In this document: in pieces, positions 12,960-25,450 of the stretch
How the letters are laid out: each line of letters starts with the position of its first letter
How positions within the stretch are numbered: the stretch's first letter is position 1
Origin: Azolla caroliniana
Taxonomy: Eukaryota; Plantae; Polypodiophyta
Direction: 5' to 3'
DNA length: 64,000 nt
Assembly: GCA_043228905.1 (NCBI GenBank)
Contig: JBHGNT010000014.1
Coordinates: forward strand, 4,154,001 to 4,218,000
Made by a program: the position numbers and the translations under genes
Notes under the pieces: model-generated
Told to the model about the DNA's origin: nothing
Databases searched by the model: none
Seen by the model: only the letters and a program-made list of their open reading frames with translations

Positions 12960-14408
12960 AAACTGCCAAAGATCGACTCACTTACAGATACATGGCTCTA
13001 GCCATATGCTAGAACAGTAGTGCTACCAGGCACCCCACCAAGAGCCCCATACCAACGTATGGTTATTTGACACCACGATTATCCCTGTCCTCATGCACGG
13101 TGCTGGGCTCTAGGCCTCCCCATGTACATGTGGACACAAATAGAGCGTCTACTAGTGATGATGTTGTCAGCACAGATGATACATAGCAAAGCATCCACCC
13201 TACACAAGGTCATCCCTGCTAAATTGGCAGCAACCTCCACGATGGTAGAAGCATTATTCTAAACAGTAATTCTCATCGACCAGATTCAAACTATGGCCCC
13301 TGAAAGAATTATATGTAAGCTGTTTGAAACATCAATGCCAATGATGTCAATAAAACATAGAAGAATCATGGTACGCACAAGCGATGAAGTGGTTCAACAA
13401 CAATGGCCTCAACATTGAGAACTTGCCATCGTTTCGATATTGTACACCTATTCAAATAACAGAAGGAACAAGGTATCGCATAAAGATCTATGGCAACCCT
13501 ATATCCAAAAGATTTGGCTCACGCCGAGGGAGCCACTTGCCCCAAAGATGACCTACTATAAAGATCTTTTCACAAACTTTTCAGAGGATGGATTCATACA
13601 AAGAAAGAGGTGCATAGACATCTACATGCCCCATTGTGTTCGTAAAGGAATAAACCAACTCAGAGTTTCCTCCCACCAACTAGAGACTGAGGCAAGATGA
13701 GCATTTTGCAAACCTAGCACTGAAAAATTCGCAAATTATGTGAAGGAGAGATCAAGGAACATTTTGTGCATAGGTGGCTTTCAACCACATCAGAAAGAAG
13801 TATGAAACCTGGATTTCATTAAAAAAATGATGAGACAGCTGACCAGCGACAACTTGCCCAAATGTTGCTCGAGTTTCAAAAGCATTGGGAATCAAACATT
13901 ACAATAGCATGTGTGATGCAATGACAATCACACGTCACTGATTTCTTCTATAGCTCTTTAAATCCACTAACAATGTGCCAAGCTGTCACCATAGAGCATG
14001 CAGTGGACTGACAACAAAGGATACAAAAAGTACCAGAATATAATGCACATGGACGATACCATCACCACAGATAACTGTTCACCATGTTTGATCTGCATGA
14101 GGACACACAGATAGACTTGTTAAATTTAGTCATAGCATCATTTTAACACACCGACCAACCTTGGACACCGAGTCCAATCTCCACTACTGTCATACATACT
14201 CGATATGAAGTTCATGCTCGTAAACTATCTCGAAAATCATCCCACCACATGCATTCAGGTAATGATCACGGAGGATAAGGAAGCCTATAGCTTTTATTTT
14301 TGTTTTTAGTATTGATGACATGAATGCACCATATTTGTAATCATGATTTGCCTCATGGGCTGATCTTGGCCTCTAATACACATAATATATCTTTCATTCT
14401 TCCTCTCT
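12960..14408 (+). pseudogene. Decayed 5'-truncated RTE-type LINE
   Basis: DRLT..QEPHTNVWLFD and the ORF WLTPREPLAPKM..YMPHCVRKGINQLRVSSHQLETE are homologous to the RTE ORF at 47870-49139. Ends CTCATGGGCTGATCTTGGCC..TAATATATCTTTCATTC. Confidence 0.8.
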
Positions 14409-16738
14409 CATAACCTAGGAACATACTGAAGTGACAAGTGACAAGTCTTCAGGTCTCTAACTCTCAAGGCCCAAGTCACTGGTCTAATGACTTTGAACTT
14501 TTTTATTTTGTTTACAGCTCTTGGATTTAATTGGAAATCAAAACACAAAAGCTTAAAAGCATAAAACGCTGAGATGGTTTCAATTAAAGTTGCACAGTCT
14601 AAAGTCATCCCAGCTGTAAGTCCCGACTCTATCTTCTTTGAATTTTGTTGTTCCCAGACAACAATCCTATTTCAACACATGTGACTATGATTGAGGCAAT
14701 GTTCCTCGAACAGGAATGCACATTCCTTTTTTTATTGTTGTGACCCTCTCTCTATTTTAGGATACCTATCCAACAGAAAAATTTGTTTTGATGAAATGTT
14801 TCACGGAATATATCAGATTGACACGCATTACTAAACCACTGGCTTACTACCAGCTCTTTGTTTAGAAATTAAATGCTAGTCAATCTTATATACAAATAAC
14901 AAATCTTAGTATTCAGGTATAAGAAAATGGGATAGCTCTGCTCACAATATAACCTCAGCAAAGTAAACAAAGTATAAATATTCCACAAGTAGAAAACATT
15001 TAGACAGTCTTAGGACCCAGGCACAATTAGAGTGATATCAATAATACCTTTATAAAACCTACTGTAGTATGTGTGTGTGCGTGTGTCCACACCCTCTTAA
15101 CAAGAAGGGGTGCATGTGTGTGCAGACACGCACACGAGTGAATGAATCTTTGAACAAATTGGACGTCATTTCAAAACCTTGTACATACAGACCAGTAAAT
15201 ATACAATGGTTGTTGATATAATTAATGAATAATTCAAAACCTAACAATCATTGCAATAGATTATAATCACTGTACTGATATTCAACAGCATGTTTACAAA
15301 CACTTTAATGAAAAAAGGGTACCTGAACATAAAGCTGTTATATGCCCAGACTGTCTGGCTCACCTGTAACAATAAAGGAAGTCACTCAAGTCTACACTTC
15401 AAATCTTCTTTGGGATGTTGGAGAAAGAAAATAACCAACTTCAACAGTAACCAGGATTACATAAACGAAAACATATATGTAAATTCAGAAGAACCATAAT
15501 TACCATCATAGTTCTTATATTTAGAAAATGGGCAGCATATTCTTCGATTATGTTACATTACTTTTCCTCGGCGAAATTGTCAGCATCAGTGTCACAATTG
15601 ATGTCAGCAGCTGCTTCATACTATAGTTTAGGTAAGAGTAAGAAAGCTGTCAGCAGCACAGGAACCAGACGTCTACTTGATTTATGGGAGATAATCATTG
15701 TATCGGCACAATAAACTTCACATGCAATCTACAATAGTCCAGCATAAAAGCAAAACTGACCTCTTGAAGCATATTTGCATAATTTCGAGAGCGTACAAGT
15801 TCTACTATCAGAAGTTTGCAGTAATTTGCTATTACAAACTCCTGAAACTTTCAATTGCATATCATATGAAGCATACAACTGTTGACATAAATATACTGTG
15901 CAAATCACCACAAGTTTTTTGTTTCATATACAGGTAGTACTTTACCATGTCAACTCATTCAACCAACACTTGCATTTTGTCCCATGCACTCTGAGAGGGG
16001 CAGTCACCATCATCTCAACGGTCAATCACAACAGGTTCTATTCGGAATTTCACTTTTACCGTAGCATTAGTTATAACCCCACATCAGCAAATATAAAATA
16101 TGATTGCTACATGTGAAGAACATTTATCCCTTTCAAAGCATGGCATATAATAATATGCCCCATTAACTTAAAACAATAGGTAATGATATATACACTGAAT
16201 AAAGACTACAAAATGGTCACCTTAAAGCGTTGAATATAATAATTAATTGTTTATACATTAATAAACACTGGAATATTAACAAAATTGTCAAATTCCATAA
16301 TAGTAATCCATGCTATCAAGATGGAAATTGATAACGCTGCATCAAATAAGATGCTCACGTATGCATGACAGAATATTTTAGCTTGATTGATATATATGCC
16401 AAATACATCAGGTAAGATGTTGAGGATTTCATGTGTACATGATAGAAATTTTTTAACTCAATTAATATGTACGGTAAATTCACACCATATTTAGCATCTT
16501 ATTTAGCTCAGTATCTGAGAATACACACTGTCAGTCTACATATCTCAACTCTAAATTCATGCCTCACTTAGGATGGAAAACCGAATCTTTCTGAGTGTAA
16601 AATAATGCACCTGCTTCTTACAGGCTGGGTGAAGGGGGACAAATTGGCAACACCCAATTATACCCCCAGAATCAAGACCAGAACCACCATTTTGCTTTAT
16701 TGCAAGGTTATGATAATAAATAATGCCAACTGCTCGAA

Positions 16739-19700
16739 CTATCCCCTTGTTTTAGCACGTTTCAACCCTGAGTTGCTAAAAGGAGAGACACTCCCATTCC
16801 AGTCCTCCCTCAACGTACCATTCAGCATTGCAAGCTCACGAAGTTGCTGTTTTTTGAAGAAATCATGTGTCTCATCCTAGACAAATCAAGAAGAACTGTA
16901 TTAATATGAACTAAAAGTTTTCTTATCACACTTCAATCTTATTATCAATAACGTACCACAGGTTTCAAAAGGTCTTCAATCATCTCTCGAGCATAGTTCA
17001 ATTGCATATCAATAATATTAGCAGGTTGCTCTGCTTCAATAAGAACGTGGAGAGGTTCACTAAGATGCTCATAGCCAGGCTTATCTCTTAGATTCTCCTC
17101 CTGGAGAGGATTTCCAGAATAACAGTCAACGATTGTCTAAATGCACTATATTTCCTTTAGATAAAAAGAAGAAGCAAATAACATGAGCGTGCTCTTTTAA
17201 CATGCATTAATTGTCTAGAAACACCATGTACATATGCTCATGGGGATACAAACAAATTGTATATAAAATATCCACTCTACAAGCGAAACTTGAGCACTAA
17301 GTTTACATTAGCTACTTCAACTTTAGCTGGTTTTTACGTCTTAAACTATATTGGAGTGACCTCAATGATTTCAACTGTAATTTTTCCGACTAACACAATT
17401 TAATGTCTATGAATTTAGAGAAAGCTTGGGCTTCATACATAACCTATGCTGTGGGTCTAAGATGGATACACCATGGTTTCAGGCATTAATGTTTACATAA
17501 TGTGTTTGTAGTTTGGCGGGTTCAAGACCTGTCAATGCTCAAGAGAACCCTCCTCAGAAACAAGGTAACCCAATGCGCATGGAGGAAGAACCCTCTTGCA
17601 ACCAAGCTCTCCTATTTTTCAATTGCCAGTATCCTTAGTGTTCATATGAAATTTAATAATCTCGATTCGCTATCACGAATTAACTATGTTAATCATGCAA
17701 ATAACTAAAGTTATTTTTGCATATTCTTTTTTTCAAAATCATTTCAGAAATTATAAGTTACTGATTCTGAACTCCATCTCAGCTATAAATTTGGGATAAT
17801 CACTCTCAGCCCAAATACCATACACTTGTAAAAATGGTATAGCCACGACATTATTCGATGATAGATTCCAAATCTTAACCTTAGAAAAATGTAGGCAAGA
17901 ATTTCTTATATTCATACCCGGCACATATTGAGCAATCAATTATGCGCATGCCATATCCAAACAGTCTCATGAAATGTTTCCAAAGAAAATTATGTAAGCC
18001 AGGACAAGGCTATTCTACCTTAACAGCATCTCGAATTGAACCCCTTCCTCTGATGAAGATGCGACAACCTGTATTGCTTTCCAGACGCTTCAATGAATTA
18101 CCTCTTGGACCTAGCAATCGGCCAACAAAATTGAACTGGGACAATCAACAAGAACAGTAAATTTAATAGTGATGTACAAACAAGAAAAGTTCCATCAACA
18201 TCATAGAGGATACAAGCTATTGCATCACATGTTGTAAACCTACATTTGGATAAGTATCTACAGGAACTTCGATCCGCAAAACCTTTTTAACAACATGACT
18301 CGGAGAATTTACAGAAATGCCACCACCTCCAGGTAGGCTTCGCCATCCAATGGAAGATGCTTGCTGAATCAGCTTTTTTCAAATAGATGATGTAATACAA
18401 ACTCAGTAAAGCGTATTGAGGTGGCTCAATAATGCACATTGTTAGCAAAAATCATTGGCTTTTATAGTATTAAATTTTACCTCTGATTGAAAAGCAGACC
18501 AGCCACTCGAATCTAGTCCACGTCCGTTTGACATGACACTTCCAGATGAAAGTGGGCTTCCATGCTCAATACTATCATGATCACCATAAGTTCCAACCAG
18601 CTTGGATAATCTCAAAATCTCTGTACCAAAACCATTGATAGTTTAAAACTATTAAGACATTCCATGACACACCATCTCAACAAACACTGATTTGGTTGTT
18701 TTGAATGCAATCGTTTGTTCACTCAACTATCCTTCAGCATCATAATGATCAAAATTCTCAACAGAAAATTTGGTTTACTAGTGCTTCACATGAATACTGA
18801 ATATATGGGCATCATTGAATAGCTCGTTTTTAATTTAAAGAAACTATCATCATAATTGCTCAAAAAAATCCAGTATATATTGGCAAATTGCACACTAATT
18901 ATATTCATGCCCACAGCATCGTGACAGAAAGGGTCCACATGTTTATTTTTCTACAAGTCTCACGGATTTAGGCAGCATTAAGCCGCATCAGAAGTCCATG
19001 GTCTACACATTGGAAGCTTTATCTCAGATTTTAAAGCCTTCATCAAGCATTTGGTGTGCATCAAAGCATTGCTAAAAGGAATCAAAACTAATTTCTATGA
19101 TTAGCCTTCGTATAGAACTGTACCACTTCCATTAACCATGATTTATAGGGCAAGCTTTTCTTGAAACTTCCAGTGTTCTGATGCACCATATGAAACAACA
19201 GTATAGGTCTCAATGGCTTCGCAGCTAAAATTATTTGAAAGCCGCATGTACTTGCAATTATTAACAATGAATATAATATTTTAGCAATTCTGGACTAAGA
19301 TTGAGGGATGATTTAACTCTCTAGGGCATATTCTCATAGCAAAATCGGACGCGAACCTGCATTAAGATAAAGCATCAGTGTTAAACCCTCATGCATGATG
19401 ATGACTCCATCGCTCACATTTTAAACCATTGTATCAAATTCAAGCTGCCAAAAGATAATTCATATACTAAGCCATCCTACATAATAGTTTCTACAGATGA
19501 GAAGTATTTCCAAATATGATGATCCTATATATTTGCATAGATAGTACCAATGGAAGAAGTTTAAATATATCGAACAATGATGATCCTACATATTTCCAAA
19601 GATAAGATAATGCTAGAGAAAATAGCTTACATGTATTAAAGAGTGATGATCCAACATGTCCCAATGCTACCACTAGCATGTCTCATTTGTCACTCAACAT

Positions 19701-20532
19701 GTTTCCAAATGGACGATCACATATGTTTCTATAACTAACTACCAATGGAAGTGCCTAATATATTTCCAAAGCTGCGGATTTATATGTTTCCACAAGACAG
19801 ATAATGACCCTATTTATAATACAGATTACGAAAATATCTTACATATATATATATATATATTCCCAAAGATGATCATCTTACGTATGTCTAAAGATGAATG
19901 ATCCATATATATTCCCAAAGACGATCAATGATACTAGTAATTATGAAGCTAGCTTACATATACATTCCTAAAGATGATTGGCTTCCATGTACATACTTCC
20001 AAAGATACAACCCATTCTAAAACAAGCTTACATACATGTTCGCATATAAGATCGATCCCTACGTTTTTCCCAAAGGTAATTGATCCCTGCATACTTCCAA
20101 AGGCGATCAACCCCTACCTATTTCCAATGATACTCTATTTAAAGGATTGAAGATTGTCTTTCGTATCTTTATTTTTTTTTAAAGTAGCATTATGCAGCTC
20201 CAGAATAGCCAAACCTTGATTAAGGAGCCTTCCACAGTTAGGAAGCACTTGAAGGAAAGGACCCAGATTTTGTCTCTCTATGAGAAGCTCTGAAAGGTAC
20301 CTAGAGAAAAGAGATGTCCGATCAAAAACAAGTTCAGAATCGGATTGAAAAACGTGTATACAAAAGAAAAAATGTAAGTTAAAACAATAAGATAGGGATA
20401 GATGCAGTACTTCTCGAGGTCCGAGACAGTAGTGCGATGGTGATGAGGAGAAGGGCTAGGGCTAGGAGAATATTGCATAGTGTAAGGTGAGAGAGAATTC
20501 ATGGGTTGAGGAGATTGCCTTGAAGAAATCAT
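16739..20532 (-). CDS. STAR/Quaking-family KH-domain RNA-binding protein (SPIN1-like), 7 exons, ~291 aa
   Basis: Exons on the minus strand, GT-AG and in phase: 20532-20411, 20300-20215, 18620-18481, 18372(or 18363)-18244, 18135-18019, 17100-16957, 16876-16739 (876 nt). QUA1 [29 protein letters not shown]; [35 protein letters not shown]; QUA2 [15 protein letters not shown]; C-terminal KRAKTR. Confidence 0.93.
19470..20130. repeat. Degenerate minisatellite in intron 2 of the KH gene
   Basis: Recurring GATGATC(C/T)TACATAT(T)TCC(C)AAAG-like motif, more than 10 diverged copies. Confidence 0.6.
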
Positions 20533-20698
20533 GATCCAAGATTTAGAAAGGAGAGGTGAAATATTTGGATTGAGAATGAAGAGAAAGGAGAAGGAGAAGG
20601 AGAAGGAGAGTTATTTGAGGGGGGGGGGGGGCACCAAATTTGGAGAGAAAGTGCAGAGAAATCAAACTGGGTTTTGGGCACCTTTTCTTCTTCTTCTA

Positions 20699-21127
20699 CT
20701 CCATCTCCATCTCCATCTCCATCTCCATCTCCATCTCCTCCTCCACCTTCTCCTTCTCCTTCTCCTTCTCCTTCTTCAAAGTGGGCTTTTGCTCCTTATT
20801 TCTTCTTCTTCTGTCTCTCTGTCTGTCTGTCTGTCTGTTTATCTTGTGTTGTGTTGTCTGTATCTCTTGTCTGTCTGCACTTATTTATCTTCTCCTTTTT
20901 ATTCCTTTTGTTTCTTTCTTATTTCTATTTGAATTTCACCATTTTGGAGTGACAATCCATCCTTAGTATATACATAGTAACCACACCACTCCTCCTCCTC
21001 TTCTCCTTCTTCTTCTTCTACCATTTCCTACTATATATATATATATATATAAATATAAATATGGCTACAAGCATGATGGAGTTAAAATGGGCTAGAAAGG
21101 AGCCTTTGCTCATCTCTTCTTTGGATG

Positions 21128-21173
<46 letters not shown>

Positions 21174-21369
21174 GAGATATAGAGACTCCTAGACACATAC
21201 AAATAGATAGATAGATAGATACCATAGAGACACTCACAGACATACAATGTGTTCTGTCCGCACTTTATGTCTCAGTGTTTGTGTCGGACCAACTGGTACT
21301 TGTACATCTGTGTATATGTCCACCCATGCACATTTGCTTGTACGCTTGTGTTTACATTATGTATGTCTG

Positions 21370-21437
<68 letters not shown>

Positions 21438-21837
21438 TATATTCATCTGGGTTTGTCATCTACCCCTACTCGCGTTTTTCTGTTCTTAGTGCATTGTAAC
21501 CTCGGTGAGATGTCCAAAAACAAGACTTTCTTTTTGCCTGGGTCTCTCCCTGCTCATGTGCTTCTGCCTAGGTCTGTCTTTGCTTCTGGGCTTTTTGTGC
21601 CGATGTTTGGTGCTTTATGCTTTTATGTTCGTGTGTGTATGTGTTTGGGTTTTGTGATGATATGTGATTTCTGGCTTCTATGATGCATGTGTGTGCACGT
21701 ACGTCTATGATTGTGTTTATGCATGCCACTACTTATGTTTGTGATTCCACATTTGTCTAAGTGTGTCGAGAAATATTGTAAAGGAAGTTCCTAAACAAAT
21801 GGGCATGGCTTATGTGGTCTTGTATATTTATGGATGA

Positions 21838-21870
<33 letters not shown>
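20699..21870. repeat. Microsatellite cluster upstream of the KH gene: (TCCATC)n, (TTCTCC)n, (TA)n, (AG)n 21131-21169, (TG)n 21378-21436 and 21840-21870
   Basis: Read directly. This cluster explains the low-complexity ORFs in the ORF track. Confidence 0.9.
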
Positions 21871-21871
<1 letters not shown>

Positions 21872-22441
21872 TGGGATTGATGCCCAAAAATAAGAAAATA
21901 TGTCATTTTAGGTCTTGAATATTTAGGGTATGAAAGCGTAAGGGTACAACATCATGTGAGACGTGACCTTATGAGGACATGTGGGTATATCATATATAAG
22001 AGTCCAAGTTTTAGGTCTTTTATATATTTAGGTAAGAAATCACAAAGATACGAGATCATATTGAATGTAACTTACAAAGACGTAGACATATATGTGCCCC
22101 ACAGTCAATGAGTGGCGAAGTCCTCTACCTAATGGACAGTAAAATTGTCTCCACCATTTATAACTCGAACACGTCCAAGCAATTATTATCAAATGCATGT
22201 GTAATCATCTAGTCATGCTACAACTCTAAATGCACTACCATAATTAGCCATGCACCAAAGTTCATTTCTGCATTTAAGTAATATAACATCTTTATTAAAT
22301 GTTCACAATGTAAATTCATTATCTTGTAGATTATTATGATTGCTCTAAATGTGATGTTAGAGAGGTAAGTCATGTTTTTCACAAACCTTAATGTCGTGGG
22401 TTCAAGTCTTGAGCAATGCATTCTTTCAACATTATGAACAT

Positions 22442-22570
22442 TATTTGCTCCATATATTCTAACGATGCACAAACCAAATATCTTGAACTCTAAAATGTGT
22501 AACCACTATTTGCTCCATATATTCTAATGATGCACAAACCAAATATCTTGAACTCTAAAAGGTGTAACCA
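22442..22570. repeat. 65-bp tandem duplication
   Basis: TATTTGCTCCATATATTCTAA.GATGCACAAACC... occurs at 22442 and 22507. Confidence 0.9.
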
Positions 22571-24857
22571 ATGCTATATATATAACACTATAGAGAAAGG
22601 TTAATTTATCTCCACTCCACTAGTATAAACCCTCCAAGTCAAAATATATATAAGATAAACTTAGTGTATTGGTAAATTTTGGAGAGGTGAGATAAAGAAC
22701 TCTTGTACATTGAATTGTGTCCACTTGTTACTAGTGAATTGAGGTCTCTAACATTTTGCTTTGATTCTCTTTCTTTGAGTGCCATGATCTTGCTATTGAC
22801 AATAGTTCTTTTCTCGGTCATGTTGTAGGATCAAAGCATTTAGTTGAACTATAGAAAAATGTGTCAACCATCTCCAACAAGTGGTATCAGGAGTGGTATA
22901 TTAATCAAAAGTAAACAAAGAAGCAAAAGGTTAGAAGATCCAGTGGTGCTCACACGGAATCAAAGCACACACACAAGAGGAGATTTGAGAAAATAAAAGT
23001 GTTTAGAGAAGATGAGAGTTAGGCCAATGTGCATCCCTATTATAATATTGTATAAATAATGGTATAAGGATGCTCAACCACGCCGACTATTATCTAAAAA
23101 AGGACAAGAGACAAACCCATACCATTAAACATGGCCTTACATTATACCTTGCAAGTCAAACAATCAACATATCCAAGATATGAGAGCTTTGTCTCACTAA
23201 TATAGTCTCATTAGTGACGAAGCAAAAAATGATTGGGCCATGGAGGGCAATTAGATAAGGTGAGGTGTCACATGGGAAGTTTTACGGTGGGATTGTGGTA
23301 GCTATAGGAAGAAAGTTGATTGAGAGGAACCAACTTGCATCATTGGAACCAATTGGGTTCCAATACAAAGTGGAGAGGTGTGCATGTTGTAGGTTGTAGG
23401 GGCTAGAGGGTGGTGAGTGTGTTGGGGTGCAAGTTATGAGTTCTAAGATGATGATGGAGATTGGAAGGAATCATTGTTGTCATTTTCATTGTCATCATAC
23501 CCCTTGGGACTGGGAGAAGGGTGTGTACATGGAGATGGTGGCATATAGAGTTGAAGGGCCCAAGCATTCACTTCTTTGAAAGACATTGTGTTGTATTCCT
23601 TTGTTATCTCATGGTACACCTACGTGCAGTACGTCATCATGACAAGGAAAAGTAATGGATGAATAGGCCCTCTACTTTAGGTAGTTCATCAAGTGCATCT
23701 CTAGGATAAAGCATAAAACAAGGAGTTGTTGGTTCATTCCTGGACTACCACAATGAATGCTTAGTTGGCAAGGAGATATCATTCTTGTAGAACATTTGTT
23801 TCATAGCTAACAAGCTTTGCAAGGTTTTCTTAGTTTCCTCTAAGTTTACTCTAGGGGTGTAGGGCATAATGAGAAGATCCCCTTGCATAATTGTGTGATG
23901 TCGTCCTTGAGGTCCATGGCCACCTTTGTCTACACCTTGAGTTGTTCTTTTGTAGCAAACGACACAGTCATTACCTCACCTCTTAGTACATTGATAACAA
24001 GAATACTTGTTGCGATTGCAAGCAAGCTTGCCAGGCTTCTAGTTGAGACTCAAAGGTTTGGTTAGTTCTCTTTACATTAGTTATTGCATCCAACAACGGA
24101 AGGGCTCCCCATCTCAATGCCTCAAAGTTGTCTTCCACTCTATCCTTCTCGTGTTAAAGTCAATGCTTAACAAGGTGCATCTACAGGATAAAGCATGAAT
24201 AAGGCAAGTTGGTGGTTGGTTCTTGAGATGACCGTGACAAATCTTGAATGATTTGTTGGTGATGAGATATTCTCGTAGAACATCCCTTTCATAGGTAAAT
24301 GTGAGCTTCAAAAGGTTTTCTTGGCTTTCTCGAGGATGGTTCTAGAGGTGTAGTGTAGAATGAGAAGTTCCTTCATGAACAAGGAGGCATCCACATCCAC
24401 CATTGGTGCTTGGGTGGTACCTATTGATAGCAAGTTCGAAGATAGCAAGTTCGAAGATGCAGAACTACATGATGTTTATCTATTGGATGACATGTGGGTG
24501 CCATCTTCCATGAGGGTGCAAGATCCTTAATGAGGATGACCTCTTGATGGTCACGATTAAGGTCATGCCATTGTTTTGACTAGATTTTAGCAAGAAGCAT
24601 GGACTACACCATGCACTCCACGTTGGTGATTTATCTTTCTTGAAATTCATGAGTGGTGTCAAAGGCCAAAGATCTCTTGATCCCTACGCATCTCTTTCAA
24701 GAGATGAGCATCAAATGGTTAGTCATTTTATTGGAATTGTTCACGTTGTTGCATAAATGTGGGAACCTAGACTATGTACGATACGATGCCATGAAAGAAG
24801 ACTTAGAATCCATTGTGGCAAACCCTCATGTAATCCCCATTTTGAGAATTATCTCTT

Positions 24858-25010
24858 TTGAGGAATCCTTGTTCTATGAAATGTAGTTCGAGGAAACCTG
24901 GCTTGAGGAAACCTAGCTTGAGGAAACTATGTTTGAGGAAACCAAGTTTGAGGAAACGTGGTTTGAGGAACCCTTGGCTAGAGGAAATGTGGTTTGAGGA
25001 ATTGATTTGA
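24858..25010. repeat. 15-bp tandem repeat (TTGAGGAAACNNNNN), ~10 copies
   Basis: Read directly. Gives 5-aa periodic translations on the minus strand. Confidence 0.85.
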
Positions 25011-25450
25011 GCAAGGCCTTCAAGCAATTACTTCATGCAATCACTTTGAGGCCCGTGCTTTTCATGGAAGCCGAGAATCAATCTCTCTCACTCTCTTTCC
25101 CTCCACTCAAGAAGATTATACAAGATTGTTGAGCGAGCAAGCTTAACCAGATCCGGATCGGCTGAATAAGCTAGAGCCGAATCAGTACCTAGAATGGAGA
25201 ACCGGATCGGTGTCTGGAACCAGGAGCCGGATAGGAATGAAACCGGTAGGATCCAGCCTAGTACGTAGGCATATTTTTGGGAGTTAGTGACACTCGCTTG
25301 TATGAGCATTGAAGTACCTGTCAGTACTTCTGTCAGTCCTTTATGGACTTGTATAAAAGTGCTCTCTGAGCACATTCTATGTACAGAGTTACAAAGTGTT
25401 ATTTTTTTAATAGAGTTTATGTTCTGCTCTCTCTCTCTCTCTCTCTCTCT

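Noticed and set aside
12243-14408. Twin-priming 5' inversion of a single RTE (minus-strand RT piece next to plus-strand 3' piece)
   Set aside because: The minus-strand piece has its own RTE 3' motif and tail at 12243-12315, so these are two separate insertions.
20531-21683. Plus-strand ORFs rich in (SP)n, (HL)n and (VC)n, resembling extensin or membrane proteins
   Set aside because: They are translations of microsatellites in the KH gene's upstream region, with no independent coding signal.
22860-24850. Old LTR element (CAACA-AG-TGGTATCAG PBS-like at ~22874-22890; ~190-bp diverged repeat at 23690/24172)
   Set aside because: No recognisable protein motifs, boundaries or TSD by eye. Probably decayed TE sequence, but it cannot be classified without a search.
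24858-25010. CRISPR-like array (also considered for 40940-41100 and 49734-49877)
   Set aside because: These are contiguous tandem repeats without unique spacers, in a eukaryotic context with no cas genes.
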